The notes under the pieces are model-generated. The model was not told the DNA's origin. It was given only the letters and a program-made list of their open reading frames with translations, and searched no databases. Below are positions 19,502-30,459 of a stretch of DNA of 64,000 nucleotides, one piece after another. The stretch comes from Xanthobacteraceae bacterium (GTDB lineage: Bacteria; Pseudomonadota; Alphaproteobacteria; Rhizobiales; Xanthobacteraceae): contig DATBHG010000009.1 in assembly GCA_036557665.1 (NCBI GenBank), positions 106,011 to 170,010 of the forward strand, written 5' to 3'. A program made the position numbers and the translations under genes. How positions within the stretch are numbered: the first letter of the stretch is position 1; each line of letters opens with the position of its first letter.

Positions 19502-20260
19502 TCAGCGCCGATCGCCCAGGAACCGCAGCAGGAACAGGAACAGGTTGATGAAGTCGAGGTAGAGCGTCAACGCCCCCATGACCGCCTTTCGACCAACGAT
19601 GGTTCCATCCTCCATCGGGTCATACATTTCCTTGATCCGCTGCGTGTCCCAGGCGGTGAGGCCCGCAAAGATCAATACACCGGCGGCGGAGATCACGAAG
19701 TCGAGGCCGGTGCTCCTGAGGAACATGTTGACCACCATGGCAATGATCAAGCCGATCAAGCCCATGAACAGGAACGAGCCGATCGGCGAGAGATCGCGTT
19801 GGGTGGTGTAGCCGTAAAGGCTCAGCGCACCGAAGGACGCCGCCGAGATGAAGAACACTCTGGTCACGGACGCTCCCGTATAGGCGAGAAACACGGACGA
19901 GAGCATCAGCCCGAGCAAGCCCGCATACACCAGGAACAGCGTGAACGCCGTCGACGGCTGGAGTGTGTTGATCCGCCAGCTGATGAGAAACACCATTCCG
20001 AGCGTGCCCAGGAACAGCACGAGGACAGCAGGTCCGCTGAAGATCATCTGGCCGAAGGGCGTGAGCACCAGTCGTCCCGCCGTCTCCGTCACCGCCGCGT
20101 TGAAGGTCAGCCAGGCGACGACCCCGGTGAGCGCCACGCCCACGGCCATGTAGTTGTAGACGCGGATCATGTAGGCGCGCAGGCCCTCATCGATCGCGAT
20201 TGCCCGGTCCGCACCGACGCCGCGTCTGACGGCGGTATAGTTCGGGTCGAAATTCGACAT
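19502..20260 (-). CDS. Bax-inhibitor-1/YccA-family membrane protein
   Basis: ORF 19502..20413 trimmed to ATG 20260 (MSNFDPNYTAVRRGVGADRAIAIDEGLRAYMIRVYNYMAVGVALTG..). It has seven TM segments and a C-terminal LYLDFINLFLFLLRFLG. Confidence 0.85.
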   Translation of the reverse strand: MSNFDPNYTAVRRGVGADRAIAIDEGLRAYMIRVYNYMAVGVALTGVVAWLTFNAAVTETAGRLVLTPFGQMIFSGPAVLVLFLGTLGMVFLISWRINTLQPSTAFTLFLVYAGLLGLMLSSVFLAYTGASVTRVFFISAASFGALSLYGYTTQRDLSPIGSFLFMGLIGLIIAMVVNMFLRSTGLDFVISAAGVLIFAGLTAWDTQRIKEMYDPMEDGTIVGRKAVMGALTLYLDFINLFLFLLRFLGDRR

Positions 20261-20501
20261 GGGAATTCCCTCTCTCTCCTTCCGGCCGCGAGGGCCGGAG
20301 CAATGGCGCCGTGCAGGAAGCGGCCCGGCTGCCGACGCGCGGAATCTAATGCCAGATTTGTTCCAGCGCCAGATGGTGCAGGCGGGATTCGTTAACGGCT
20401 GGTGACGCAGCACCGCCGCTACGAAGATGACATTTTGTCCACGTAACCAGGCAAGCGCGGCGCCCCGTTACCGAGGGGGCACGGCTCGGCTGGCGGCCAT
20501 T

Positions 20502-23060
20502 TCAAAGGTCGCGCAGCAGGGGTGCGGGCTTTTGTCCCAGCGCACGTGCGGTACCGGCCAGGCCAAGTGCGACGACAAAAAGGACGACCAGCACGCAAGC
20601 CGCCAAGGGCGCTTCAGGAAGCCAGAGAAAGGGCAGGTGCATGAAGTGGCGAAGGATGATGGCGGCTGCGGCCGTCCCCGCGGCAAGTGCAAGTAGCGCT
20701 GTCGCCACGCCCAGGACCAGATATTCGATTGCATAGACTCCAACGAGCCGCATGCGCGTTGCGCCCAGAGTCTTGAGAATCACTGCCTCGTAGACGCGGC
20801 GGCGGTGCCCAGCGGCAAGGGCTCCAGCCAGAACAAGGATTGCGACGATCAGGGTGAGGGCACTTGCTGCACGAATTCCCAGCGCCAAATTGGTCACTGT
20901 GGCTCCGACCGCATCCAACACGTCTCTCACCCGCATCGCGGCAATGCCCGGGAATGCCTTGCCCACGGCTTTGAGCAGCATCGACTCCTCCTCGGTCGAA
21001 CGGCCGGGCGGATAGGTGAGCGTTGCGATCCGGGTGTGCGGGGCGCCGCGGAATGTCGCTGGCGCAAACACCATGACGAAATTGATACCGAGGCTTTGCC
21101 AATCGACCGTGCGCAAATTGGCAATCGTGGCGACGATATTGCGGCCGAGCACGTTGACGGTGACGACATCGCCGATCTTCAGGCCAAGACCATCGGCGAT
21201 GCGCTGCTCGAATGAGACCAGTGGCGCTCCCTGATAATCCGGGCCCCACCATCGTCCTGCTACCAGGCGCGACCCCGGCGGCAGATCTTGCGCATAGGTG
21301 ATGCCGCGGTCGCTCTGTAGTGCCCACGCCGCTTCCGGCGCCGGCTTGAGCTCCTCGGCGGGTATACCGTTTGCCGCCACGATACGACCGCGCAGCATTG
21401 GGACCTCGTTGAGCGTCGCCCCGGGAGCATTGGCCCGGACGAATGCGTCGAATTTGGCTGCGTCGGCAACAGGGATATCGATGAAATAGAAACTGGGCGC
21501 CTGGTCCGGCAGCGCGGCGAGAAATTGCCGGCGCAGATTTCCGTCGATGCCCACCACCATGACCAGGAGGGTGAGCCCCAGCCCAAGCGAGAGAACGACG
21601 CTCGGCGTGAGCGCCCCGGGCCGATGGATGTTCGCCATCGCCAGGCGAGCGACAGGAACGCGCAGGCGCACAATGCTCCGTGCAGCCAGCATGAGCAGTC
21701 TCGCCAGCGCATAAAGCAGCACCAACACCGCTGCGGCAGCCACGATGTAGACAGCGGCGATGCGGCGGTCATAGGCCAGCACCAAAGCAAGCGCCGCAAG
21801 CCCGGTGGCACACAGCGCTGTTGCCACTACATAGCGGGTGCGGGGACGGCGCCAGTATCCGCTGATCTCGCTGCGAAACAGCGCCGAGACCGGAACGTCA
21901 TGTGCGCGCCCGAGCGGCCACAGCGCAAAAACCGTCGCGGTGAGGAGGCCGTAAAGAAACGCGAGGGTCAAATCACCGGCATGCAGCACCGGCTCGATCG
22001 GCAGCGGCAGTATCGAGGCAAAGCCCCAGACCACCAGATACGGCAAGGCAGCCCCGACGAGCAGTCCAGGAATTGCGCCCAGCGCAGCGAATGCCCAAAT
22101 TTGTACCAGATAGATGGCGAAGACCCGTGAGCCGGTTGCACCCAGACATTTGAGGGTCGCGATCGCCTCGCGGCGGCGGTCGAGATGCGCTTTGGCGGCG
22201 TTGGCGACGCCGACTCCTCCGATCAAAAGCGCCGAAAGCCCCACCAAGGTCAAATACTGCGTGAACCTGTCGAGGTTCTGCGCAAGGGCGGGGGAGGCGT
22301 TGGCGCGCGATCGGATCTCCCAACCGGCTTCCGGAAATTGCGCCCGAGCTGCCGCCGTGACCGCGCGCAGCGGTGCCTCCGACTCGTCAGCACCTGGAAG
22401 ACGCAGACGATAGTGCCAGCGCACCACGCTGCCGGGGCGCAGCAGCCCGCTGGCGCGCAGGGCTGCGTCGCTCAGGAGAAGGCGGGGCCCGAACCCGATA
22501 CCTCCCGCCAGCTTGTCGGGCTCGGACTTGAGTGCGGCTCGTATCTCGATGTCTGCCGCTCCGATCTTGATCCGGGACCCGGCTCCAAGGCCCAGCCGGG
22601 CCAGCAAAGCGGGATCGGCAGCGGCGCCGAACACTCCATTCTCCAGCCGCAGAACATTGCGCAGCGGCTGGTCCGGATCGAGCACAACGGTACCGTAGAG
22701 TGGATACGAACCATCTACGGCTTTGAGCTCTACCAGGGCGGTGTCTCCGCCCGGCGTGCGAGCCATGGCCCGCATGGTGGCCGCCCGAGATACCTGGCCC
22801 TGCGTCTGCAAAAACGCCTGCTCCGGGCCAGTCGCTTCGCGCAAGCTCAGCAAAAATGCGACATCGCCTCCCAGCATCGTCCTTCCCTCGCGCGCGAGCC
22901 CGTTGGCGAGCCCGGAAGCAACGGAGCTCACGCCGGCAACCGCCATCACGCCGAGGGCGATGCAGGCTGTCAGCACATAAAATCCACGCAATCCCCCGCG
23001 CATTTCGCGCACTGCGATCTGCAGCGCGAGCACGATGCCGGGAGCCGCGGAGGTCAGCAT
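20502..23060 (-). CDS. FtsX-like ABC transporter permease, YbbP-like (two FtsX domains)
   Basis: The 852-aa polytopic ORF overlaps the upstream ATPase gene by 7 nt. The synteny with ybbA-like and divergent tesA-like genes matches E. coli tesA / ybbA-ybbP. Confidence 0.8.
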   Translation of the reverse strand: MLTSAAPGIVLALQIAVREMRGGLRGFYVLTACIALGVMAVAGVSSVASGLANGLAREGRTMLGGDVAFLLSLREATGPEQAFLQTQGQVSRAATMRAMARTPGGDTALVELKAVDGSYPLYGTVVLDPDQPLRNVLRLENGVFGAAADPALLARLGLGAGSRIKIGAADIEIRAALKSEPDKLAGGIGFGPRLLLSDAALRASGLLRPGSVVRWHYRLRLPGADESEAPLRAVTAAARAQFPEAGWEIRSRANASPALAQNLDRFTQYLTLVGLSALLIGGVGVANAAKAHLDRRREAIATLKCLGATGSRVFAIYLVQIWAFAALGAIPGLLVGAALPYLVVWGFASILPLPIEPVLHAGDLTLAFLYGLLTATVFALWPLGRAHDVPVSALFRSEISGYWRRPRTRYVVATALCATGLAALALVLAYDRRIAAVYIVAAAAVLVLLYALARLLMLAARSIVRLRVPVARLAMANIHRPGALTPSVVLSLGLGLTLLVMVVGIDGNLRRQFLAALPDQAPSFYFIDIPVADAAKFDAFVRANAPGATLNEVPMLRGRIVAANGIPAEELKPAPEAAWALQSDRGITYAQDLPPGSRLVAGRWWGPDYQGAPLVSFEQRIADGLGLKIGDVVTVNVLGRNIVATIANLRTVDWQSLGINFVMVFAPATFRGAPHTRIATLTYPPGRSTEEESMLLKAVGKAFPGIAAMRVRDVLDAVGATVTNLALGIRAASALTLIVAILVLAGALAAGHRRRVYEAVILKTLGATRMRLVGVYAIEYLVLGVATALLALAAGTAAAAIILRHFMHLPFLWLPEAPLAACVLVVLFVVALGLAGTARALGQKPAPLLRDL

Positions 23061-23770
23061 AAGACTGAGCCCGGCTCGCGCTCGATGCGCCCCGAACGGA
23101 GCATGACGACGCGATCGCAGCGCGCTGCAAGCGCCGGATCGTGTGTCACGAGCACCAGCGTCGTCCCGCGCTGTTGATGGCTCGAGAAGAGAAGCTGGAT
23201 GATTTCAGCCCCGGTCGTTTCGTCAAGATTGCCGGTCGGCTCGTCTGCAAGAATCATATCGGGATCCGGTGCGAGGGCGCGGGCGAGAGCCACCCGCTGC
23301 TGCTCGCCGCCCGAAAGCTCCGCAGGATAGTGTCGCAGGCGGTTGCTCAGGCCGACTGCGACGAGCTCGCGCGCGGCACGCTCCTGTGCGTCGGCAGCGC
23401 CGGCGAGCTCCAGCGGGATGGCGACATTCTCCAGCGCCGTCATTGTCGAGATCAGATGAAACGACTGAAAAACGATTCCAACGTGGCGACCGCGAAAGCG
23501 CGCCAGCGCGTCCTCATCCAGCGAGCCCAATTCCCGACCGCCGACCATGACGCTTCCGCCGTCGGCCCGTTCCAGGCCCGCTATCACCATGAGCAACGTA
23601 GATTTTCCCGAGCCGGAGGGGCCAACCAGGCCGATTGCCTCGCCGCGGCCTATATGAAGGTCGATGGCTTTCAGAATATGGACGCGGGCCGCGCCTCGCC
23701 CGAGCGACAGGTCGACGCCGGTGAGGACAATGGCAGGGCTTGGCTGTTTCAACCCGGAAGGATCATGCAT
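23054..23770 (-). CDS. ABC transporter ATP-binding protein, YbbA-like
   Basis: ORF 23054..24247 trimmed to ATG 23770 (238 aa). It has Walker [12 protein letters not shown], the signature [14 protein letters not shown], and Walker [17 protein letters not shown] at 23752 is an alternative start. Confidence 0.85.
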   Translation of the reverse strand: MHDPSGLKQPSPAIVLTGVDLSLGRGAARVHILKAIDLHIGRGEAIGLVGPSGSGKSTLLMVIAGLERADGGSVMVGGRELGSLDEDALARFRGRHVGIVFQSFHLISTMTALENVAIPLELAGAADAQERAARELVAVGLSNRLRHYPAELSGGEQQRVALARALAPDPDMILADEPTGNLDETTGAEIIQLLFSSHQQRGTTLVLVTHDPALAARCDRVVMLRSGRIEREPGSVLC

Positions 23771-24491
23771 GGCGGATGATTGTGTGCCGCGCCCACGTGG
23801 CCTGAGCTCAGCACGCGCCTCATGTCGGGATTGCAGCGTTGCGGTTCGTCTGGCGGCATCGGTAGCCCTGCTCATGGCATGCGCGGGCGCGAAAGCGCAA
23901 CCAGCCGCGATGGCGGATACCCCTGTGCACGTGGTCGCGCTTGGTGATTCGCTTACTGCCGGTCTGGGATTGCCGCTGAATGCATCGTTCCCGGCGAAAC
24001 TCGAATCCGCCCTCAGGAGTAAGGGCATGGCGGTGGAGATCACGAATGCCGGCGTTTCCGGCGACACCGCCAGTGGTGGTCTTGCTCGTCTTGATTGGTC
24101 GGTGCCGCAAGGGACCGACGCGGTCATCGTGGAGCTCGGTGCCAATGATATGCTGCGCGGCATCGACCCGAAGCTCACGCAGGCTGCGCTCGCAGAAATC
24201 CTGCAGCGATTGAACGCGCGCCACATAGCGGTCCTGCTTGCCGGCATGCGGGCGGCACCAAATCTGGGCGCCGACTATGGGCGCAACTTCGAGAGCATAT
24301 ATTCCGAGCTCGCAGCAAAGGAGGGCGCGCTGCTGTATCCCTTTTTTCTCGACGGTGTCGCCGGTGAGGCGAAGCTCAACCAGCCCGATGGGCTCCATCC
24401 CAGCGCTGCTGGCGTGGAAGAAATTGTCAGGCGCATCTTGCCGGAGGTAGAGGAGCTGGTGTCGCGGGTACGCACAAAACAGCCTATGTAA
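23769..24491 (+). CDS. SGNH/GDSL arylesterase-lysophospholipase, TesA-like, secreted
   Basis: GGAAGGA lies 6 nt before ATG 23769. There is a signal-like segment RLAASVALLMACAGAKAQ, a GDSLTAG block (VVALGDSLTAGLGL), a GANDMLRG block, and a C-terminal DGLHPSAAG. Confidence 0.8.
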   Translation: MADDCVPRPRGLSSARASCRDCSVAVRLAASVALLMACAGAKAQPAAMADTPVHVVALGDSLTAGLGLPLNASFPAKLESALRSKGMAVEITNAGVSGDTASGGLARLDWSVPQGTDAVIVELGANDMLRGIDPKLTQAALAEILQRLNARHIAVLLAGMRAAPNLGADYGRNFESIYSELAAKEGALLYPFFLDGVAGEAKLNQPDGLHPSAAGVEEIVRRILPEVEELVSRVRTKQPM

Positions 24492-24571
24492 CAAAGGGAG
24501 CCTCCGCAGCGCATCGGCACAAATGCGGACGGCCCGCGCCTTCCTTACCGTCGCAATGATCGCTACGTATC

Positions 24572-25108
24572 ATGCCCCGCCTGTTCACCGGTCTGGAAAT
24601 TCCCTCGAGCATCGCGCAGCACCTCGCTGCCCTGAGAGGCGGTCTGCCCGGCGCACGCTGGATCGATCCCGAAAACTACCATACTACGCTGCGGTTCATC
24701 GGCGATGTCGACGACGTGATTGCGCGTGAGGTCGCCTCCCTGCTCGGACGGGTGCGCCGGCAGCGGTTTGAATTGCGGGTCGAGGACCTCGCATCTTTCG
24801 GCGGGCGCAAGCCGCGTGCCGTTGTGGCAAGGCTCGGCCCCGCGCAAGCGCTCATCGAGCTGCAGGCCGAGAACGAGCGGCTGATGCAACGCGTGGGTCT
24901 GGAGCCGGAGGGACGCAAATACATGCCGCACGTGACGCTGGCGCGATTGCGCGAGACATCGAGCCGGCAAGTGGCCGATTACCTTGCTCTCCGCGCGCCG
25001 ATCCGCTCGGCACCATTCACCGTATCGCGGTTCGTGCTGTTCTCGTCACGCAGATCGAGCGGCGGTGGCCCTTATGTGGTCGAGGCCGCCTACCCGCTCG
25101 CAGCTTAG
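24572..25108 (+). CDS. thpR: RNA 2',3'-cyclic phosphodiesterase (2H phosphoesterase)
   Basis: It has two HxT/S motifs (NYHTTLRFIG and PHVTLARL), a length of 178 aa, and an MPRLFTGLEIP N-terminus. Confidence 0.8.
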   Translation: MPRLFTGLEIPSSIAQHLAALRGGLPGARWIDPENYHTTLRFIGDVDDVIAREVASLLGRVRRQRFELRVEDLASFGGRKPRAVVARLGPAQALIELQAENERLMQRVGLEPEGRKYMPHVTLARLRETSSRQVADYLALRAPIRSAPFTVSRFVLFSSRRSSGGGPYVVEAAYPLAA

Positions 25109-25139
25109 GAACGCTCCAACTCCGCTGTGATCCCGCCTG

Positions 25140-25727
25140 CTACGTCTTCGCATGCTCTCCCGCCAACAGCCGCGATTGCACCTCGAACATGGCGGTAGCG
25201 AATCCGTATCCGTCGGCGATCATCTCGCGCAGGAGCGACACCGGGGTAGGTCTCGGCGCGGCTACCTCGCCAACGACGCTGCCGAAATCGAAGCTCAGCT
25301 CCGCGTCGTACTTGCGCGCGAGCTGTTGCATGCGCCTGTTGTCCGCGAGACATGCCATGTGCAGAAATTTCAATCCGCGGTTCCTGGCGGCCAGCAAAGT
25401 GTATTCGAGCAGCGCGGACCCGACGCCGTGACTCTGCCACGCCTTCTCGATGGAGAATGCAGCCTCGCCCTCACGCCTGGCCGAAGGTCCGACGGGGCGC
25501 AGCTCGGCAGCGCCGCGCAAGGTCGCATCGACAAAAAAGCCGTGGATGATCGAATCGATGCTGAAGGCGAGCTCGGCATAATTTTTCAGGAACTGCTCGG
25601 AGACAGCGCCAGCAAACCGATTGCGGCGGCTGTCGAAATCGAGCCGCAGCAGATGCTCGTGGTAGAGCTCGGCTTCGGCGATCCACAGCTTCCGGATCAG
25701 GCCGCCGCGAGGAAGGGGCTCCCGCAT
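25140..25727 (-). CDS. GNAT-family N-acetyltransferase
   Basis: ORF 25140..25799 trimmed to ATG 25727 (AGGAGG upstream). The acetyl-CoA-binding-like block is SIEKAWQSHGVGSALLEYTLLAARNRGLKFLHM. Confidence 0.6.
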   Translation of the reverse strand: MREPLPRGGLIRKLWIAEAELYHEHLLRLDFDSRRNRFAGAVSEQFLKNYAELAFSIDSIIHGFFVDATLRGAAELRPVGPSARREGEAAFSIEKAWQSHGVGSALLEYTLLAARNRGLKFLHMACLADNRRMQQLARKYDAELSFDFGSVVGEVAAPRPTPVSLLREMIADGYGFATAMFEVQSRLLAGEHAKT

Positions 25728-25911
25728 TTCAATCCTCCTGTCGCAGTTGCGAATCGGGGCATTATATTGCGTTGCAATATGATCCTCCCAACAACACATC
25801 GTGACATCGTTCCGCTAAATAATTGATGGACATTCAGAAACGAATGCCTGCCATTCGCCTGCCCAGGAAGCTTCTGCCCGTGTTTTTTGCACTGCAAATC
25901 TCGCATGACTG

Positions 25912-27123
25912 ATGCGCATGCCCGCGGCGACTCTCTCCCGTGAGGCGATGCTGTCCTCGATCTCTGCGCGTTACGCATGCGATGTACGCGCGTGCAAGAT
26001 CGAGCGCGACGCTGCTCAGCAAAAGGTCGTTGCGCACTTGGCGGCGCTCGAGCTCGAGCTCGCGCGGGCCGGCCCGTCCTGGCGTTTTTCGCTGAGCTCG
26101 CTGTTTCGAGGCCGCACGCGGCCGCGCGGGCCGATCAGGGGCGTTTATCTTTTTGGCGACGTCGGCCGCGGCAAGACAATGTTGATGGACATGTTCTTTG
26201 CCGGTGTCCCTGTTGCCCGCAAACGACGCGTTCACTTTCATGAATTCTTGACAGAAGTGCACGAGCGCATCCATGGGCTGCGTCAGCGGATGAAAGCGGG
26301 CAAAACCGAGCATGGCGACCCCATTCCGCAGACCGCTGACGCGATCGCACAAGAGGCATCGGTTCTTTGTTTCGACGAATTCCACGTTACCGACATCGCC
26401 GATGCCATGATTCTCGGCCGTCTGTTCAAGCGCCTGTTCGAGCGCGACGTGGTCGTGGTCGCGACCTCGAATGTGCCACCTGACGAGCTTTACAAAGACG
26501 GCCTCAACCGCGCGTTGTTTCTCCCCTTCATCGAGTTGATCGAAGCGCACATGACCTGTCTTCGACTGGGTGCCCGGGCTGATTTTCGCCTCGAGAAGCT
26601 GGCGGGCACACGCATGTGGCATGCGCCCGCGGATGCCGCGGCGGCGGCAGCACTCGATCGCGCTTGGCTGCTCCTGACGGCGGGACATGCCGGCGAGCAG
26701 CGCCAACTCCAGGTCATGGGGCGCAAGCTCGTGGTGCCCCGTGCGGCCATGGGCGCAGCGCGCTTTTCCTTCCGCGATCTCTGCCAGCAGCCGCTGGCCG
26801 GAGCGGATTATCTCAAGCTCGCGCGCGAGTTTCATACCGTCTTCATCGAGCGCATTCCGGCCATGGATTATGCGGCTCGCAATGAAGCGAAGCGCTTCAT
26901 CGTTCTCGTCGACACGCTCTATGACAACGCGGTGAAGCTCGTGGCCTCCGCCGAGACCGAGCCGCATCTGCTGTATCGGGCGAGCGAAGGCTTCGAGGCG
27001 CATGAGTTCAAGCGCACCGAATCGCGCCTGATCGAGATGCAGTCCCAGAGCTATCTCGGCCTGGCGCACGGTCGCAGTCACGCGGTTGCCGGAGATTCTA
27101 CAGCCGGCCTTGTGGAAACGTAA
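25912..27123 (+). CDS. zapE: AFG1-like ATPase / cell-division protein ZapE
   Basis: It has Walker A YLFGDVGRGKTMLMD, Walker B LCFDEFHVTDIADAMIL, and VVVATSNVPPDELYKDGLNR. Confidence 0.8.
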   Translation: MRMPAATLSREAMLSSISARYACDVRACKIERDAAQQKVVAHLAALELELARAGPSWRFSLSSLFRGRTRPRGPIRGVYLFGDVGRGKTMLMDMFFAGVPVARKRRVHFHEFLTEVHERIHGLRQRMKAGKTEHGDPIPQTADAIAQEASVLCFDEFHVTDIADAMILGRLFKRLFERDVVVVATSNVPPDELYKDGLNRALFLPFIELIEAHMTCLRLGARADFRLEKLAGTRMWHAPADAAAAAALDRAWLLLTAGHAGEQRQLQVMGRKLVVPRAAMGAARFSFRDLCQQPLAGADYLKLAREFHTVFIERIPAMDYAARNEAKRFIVLVDTLYDNAVKLVASAETEPHLLYRASEGFEAHEFKRTESRLIEMQSQSYLGLAHGRSHAVAGDSTAGLVET

Positions 27124-27232
27124 TCTCGGCGAGCAAGATCGAGGGCACATGGTATCCGCCTGGCGCCCGCGCGGCGGCTTGAACCATGACCCTCGAAGGA
27201 GTTATGACCCTGTGCGCTCCTCCGCGCTCTGA

Positions 27233-28215
<983 letters not shown>

Positions 28216-28216
<1 letters not shown>

Positions 28217-29394
28217 TGAACGTTCACGAATATCAGGCCAAAGCGGTGCTGCGCAGTTTCGCAGTACCGGTGCCGCGCGGCGAGGCAGCTTTTTCGGTCG
28301 ATGAGGCGGCAAAAATCGCCGCCGGGCTCGGCACGCAAACCTTGGTGGTGAAGGCGCAAATTCACGCCGGCGGACGCGGAAAGGGGGGCGGCGTCAAGCT
28401 GGTGCATTCCCTCGACGAGGTCCGCAAGGAGGCATCGCGCCTGCTCGGCTCAATGCTCGTCACCCATCAAACCGGGCCGCAGGGAAAGCAAGTCAATCGG
28501 CTGTATATCGAGGAGGGATCCGCGATCCAGCGCGAGCTTTATCTCTCGCTCCTCGTCGATCGCGAAAGCTCGCGCATTGCCCTGGTGGGATCGGTGGCAG
28601 GCGGGATGGACATCGAGGAAGTCGCCCGCACCCAACCGGAAAAGGTCGTGACGTTCTCGATCGATCCCGCGACCGGGGTGATGCCGCATCACGGCCGGCA
28701 CATGGCGCAATCGCTGGAACTGCGCGGCGATCTTGTGAAACAGATGGAAGCGCTGATTTCCAGTCTGTACGGCGCATTCACCACCAAGGACATGAGCCTG
28801 CTGGAGATCAATCCTCTGGTCGTGACCAACTCCAATGAGCTCGTCTGCCTCGACGCCAAGATGGCGTTCGACGACAACGCGCTCTACCGCCATCCCGACG
28901 TTGCGGCTCTGCGCGACGTAACCGAGGAGGACGCGAAGGAGATCGAGGCGTCGAGATACGACCTCAATTATGTCGCGCTGGACGGCACCATCGGTTGCAT
29001 GGTCAACGGCGCCGGGCTTGCCATGGCAACCATGGACATCATCAAGCTGTACGGCGAGGCGCCGGCCAATTTTCTCGACGTGGGCGGCGGCGCCACCCAG
29101 GACAAGGTCTCAGCAGCGTTCAAGATTATCACTGCCGATCCCAGGGTGAAAGGCATCCTGGTCAACATCTTCGGCGGCATCATGCGCTGCGATGTCATCG
29201 CTGAAGGAGTGGTCGCCGCGGTGAACGAGGTCGGCTTGCGCGTGCCTCTGGTGGTGCGGCTCGAAGGCACGAACGTGGACCGAGGCAAGGAGATTATCGC
29301 GACGTCCAATCTCGACGTCACCTCCGCCGACGACCTCGACGACGCGGCGCAAAAGATCGTGAACGCCGTCAGGGTGGCGGGCGGGCTGCGATGA
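28216..29394 (+). CDS. sucC: succinyl-CoA synthetase beta subunit
   Basis: [52 protein letters not shown]. Its ATG shares one base with the mdh TAA (TAATG). Confidence 0.95.
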
Positions 29395-29468
29395 AATCGA
29401 GCGGCGTTACCCCTGCAGGGTGCAGCGCTGACGACGCCTGAGGGTCCGAGCAGGGTGATGAGCAGGCA

Positions 29469-30359
29469 ATGGCGATCCTGATCGACAACAGCACGAAGGT
29501 GATCTGCCAGGGCTTCACCGGCAAGAACGGAACGTTTCATTCCGCCCAGGCAATCGCTTACGGCACGCGGATGGTTGGCGGAACGTCGCCTGGAAAAGGC
29601 GGCAGCACGCATCTCGGCTTGCAGGTCTTCGATACGGTTGCCGAGGCCAAAGCGAGGACGGATTGCGATGCCAGCGTGATCTACGTGCCGCCGGCTGGTG
29701 CCGCCGACGCCATCTGCGAGTCCATTGCGGCGCAGATTGCGCTGATCGTCTGCATCACCGAAGGCATTCCGGTGCTGGACATGGTCAGGGTCAAGCGCGC
29801 GCTGTCAGGTTCGGCGTCGCGCCTCATCGGCCCGAACTGTCCAGGCGTGATGACTGCGGGGCAATGCAAGATCGGCATCATGCCTGGAAATATTTTCGCG
29901 CCCGGGAAGGTCGGGATCGTGTCGCGCTCCGGCACTCTCACCTACGAGGCGGTCTATCAGACCACCCAGGCCGGTCTCGGCCAGACTACCGCCGTGGGAA
30001 TCGGCGGCGATCCCGTGAAGGGCACCGAGTTCATCGACATTCTTGAGATGTTCCTGGCCGACAAGGCGACCGAGGCCATCATCATGATCGGCGAGATCGG
30101 CGGATCGGCGGAGGAGAGCGCCGCACAATTCTTGGCCGACGAAGCGCGACGGGGTCGCAAGAAGCCGGTGGTGGGGTTCATTGCCGGGCGGACAGCGCCC
30201 CCGGGCCGGCGCATGGGGCATGCCGGCGCAATCATCGCCGGCGGCAGAGGGGATGCCGAATCGAAGATCGCCGCGATGGAGGCCGCAGGGATTACGGTAT
30301 CGCCGTCGCCCGCCCGGCTCGGCAGGACCTTGGCCGAGCGTGTGCACGCCGGGGGCTAG
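29469..30359 (+). CDS. sucD: succinyl-CoA synthetase alpha subunit
   Basis: [45 protein letters not shown], including the phosphohistidine loop. Confidence 0.95.
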   Translation: MAILIDNSTKVICQGFTGKNGTFHSAQAIAYGTRMVGGTSPGKGGSTHLGLQVFDTVAEAKARTDCDASVIYVPPAGAADAICESIAAQIALIVCITEGIPVLDMVRVKRALSGSASRLIGPNCPGVMTAGQCKIGIMPGNIFAPGKVGIVSRSGTLTYEAVYQTTQAGLGQTTAVGIGGDPVKGTEFIDILEMFLADKATEAIIMIGEIGGSAEESAAQFLADEARRGRKKPVVGFIAGRTAPPGRRMGHAGAIIAGGRGDAESKIAAMEAAGITVSPSPARLGRTLAERVHAGG

Positions 30360-30459
30360 GCGATTTGTGAGAATGCAGCAGGCGCATACATAAGGTAGGC
30401 TGGTATGCGCACGGCGTGACCCGCCTTGCTGCGGATACGGCAATTTCAAGGACGTCTTC

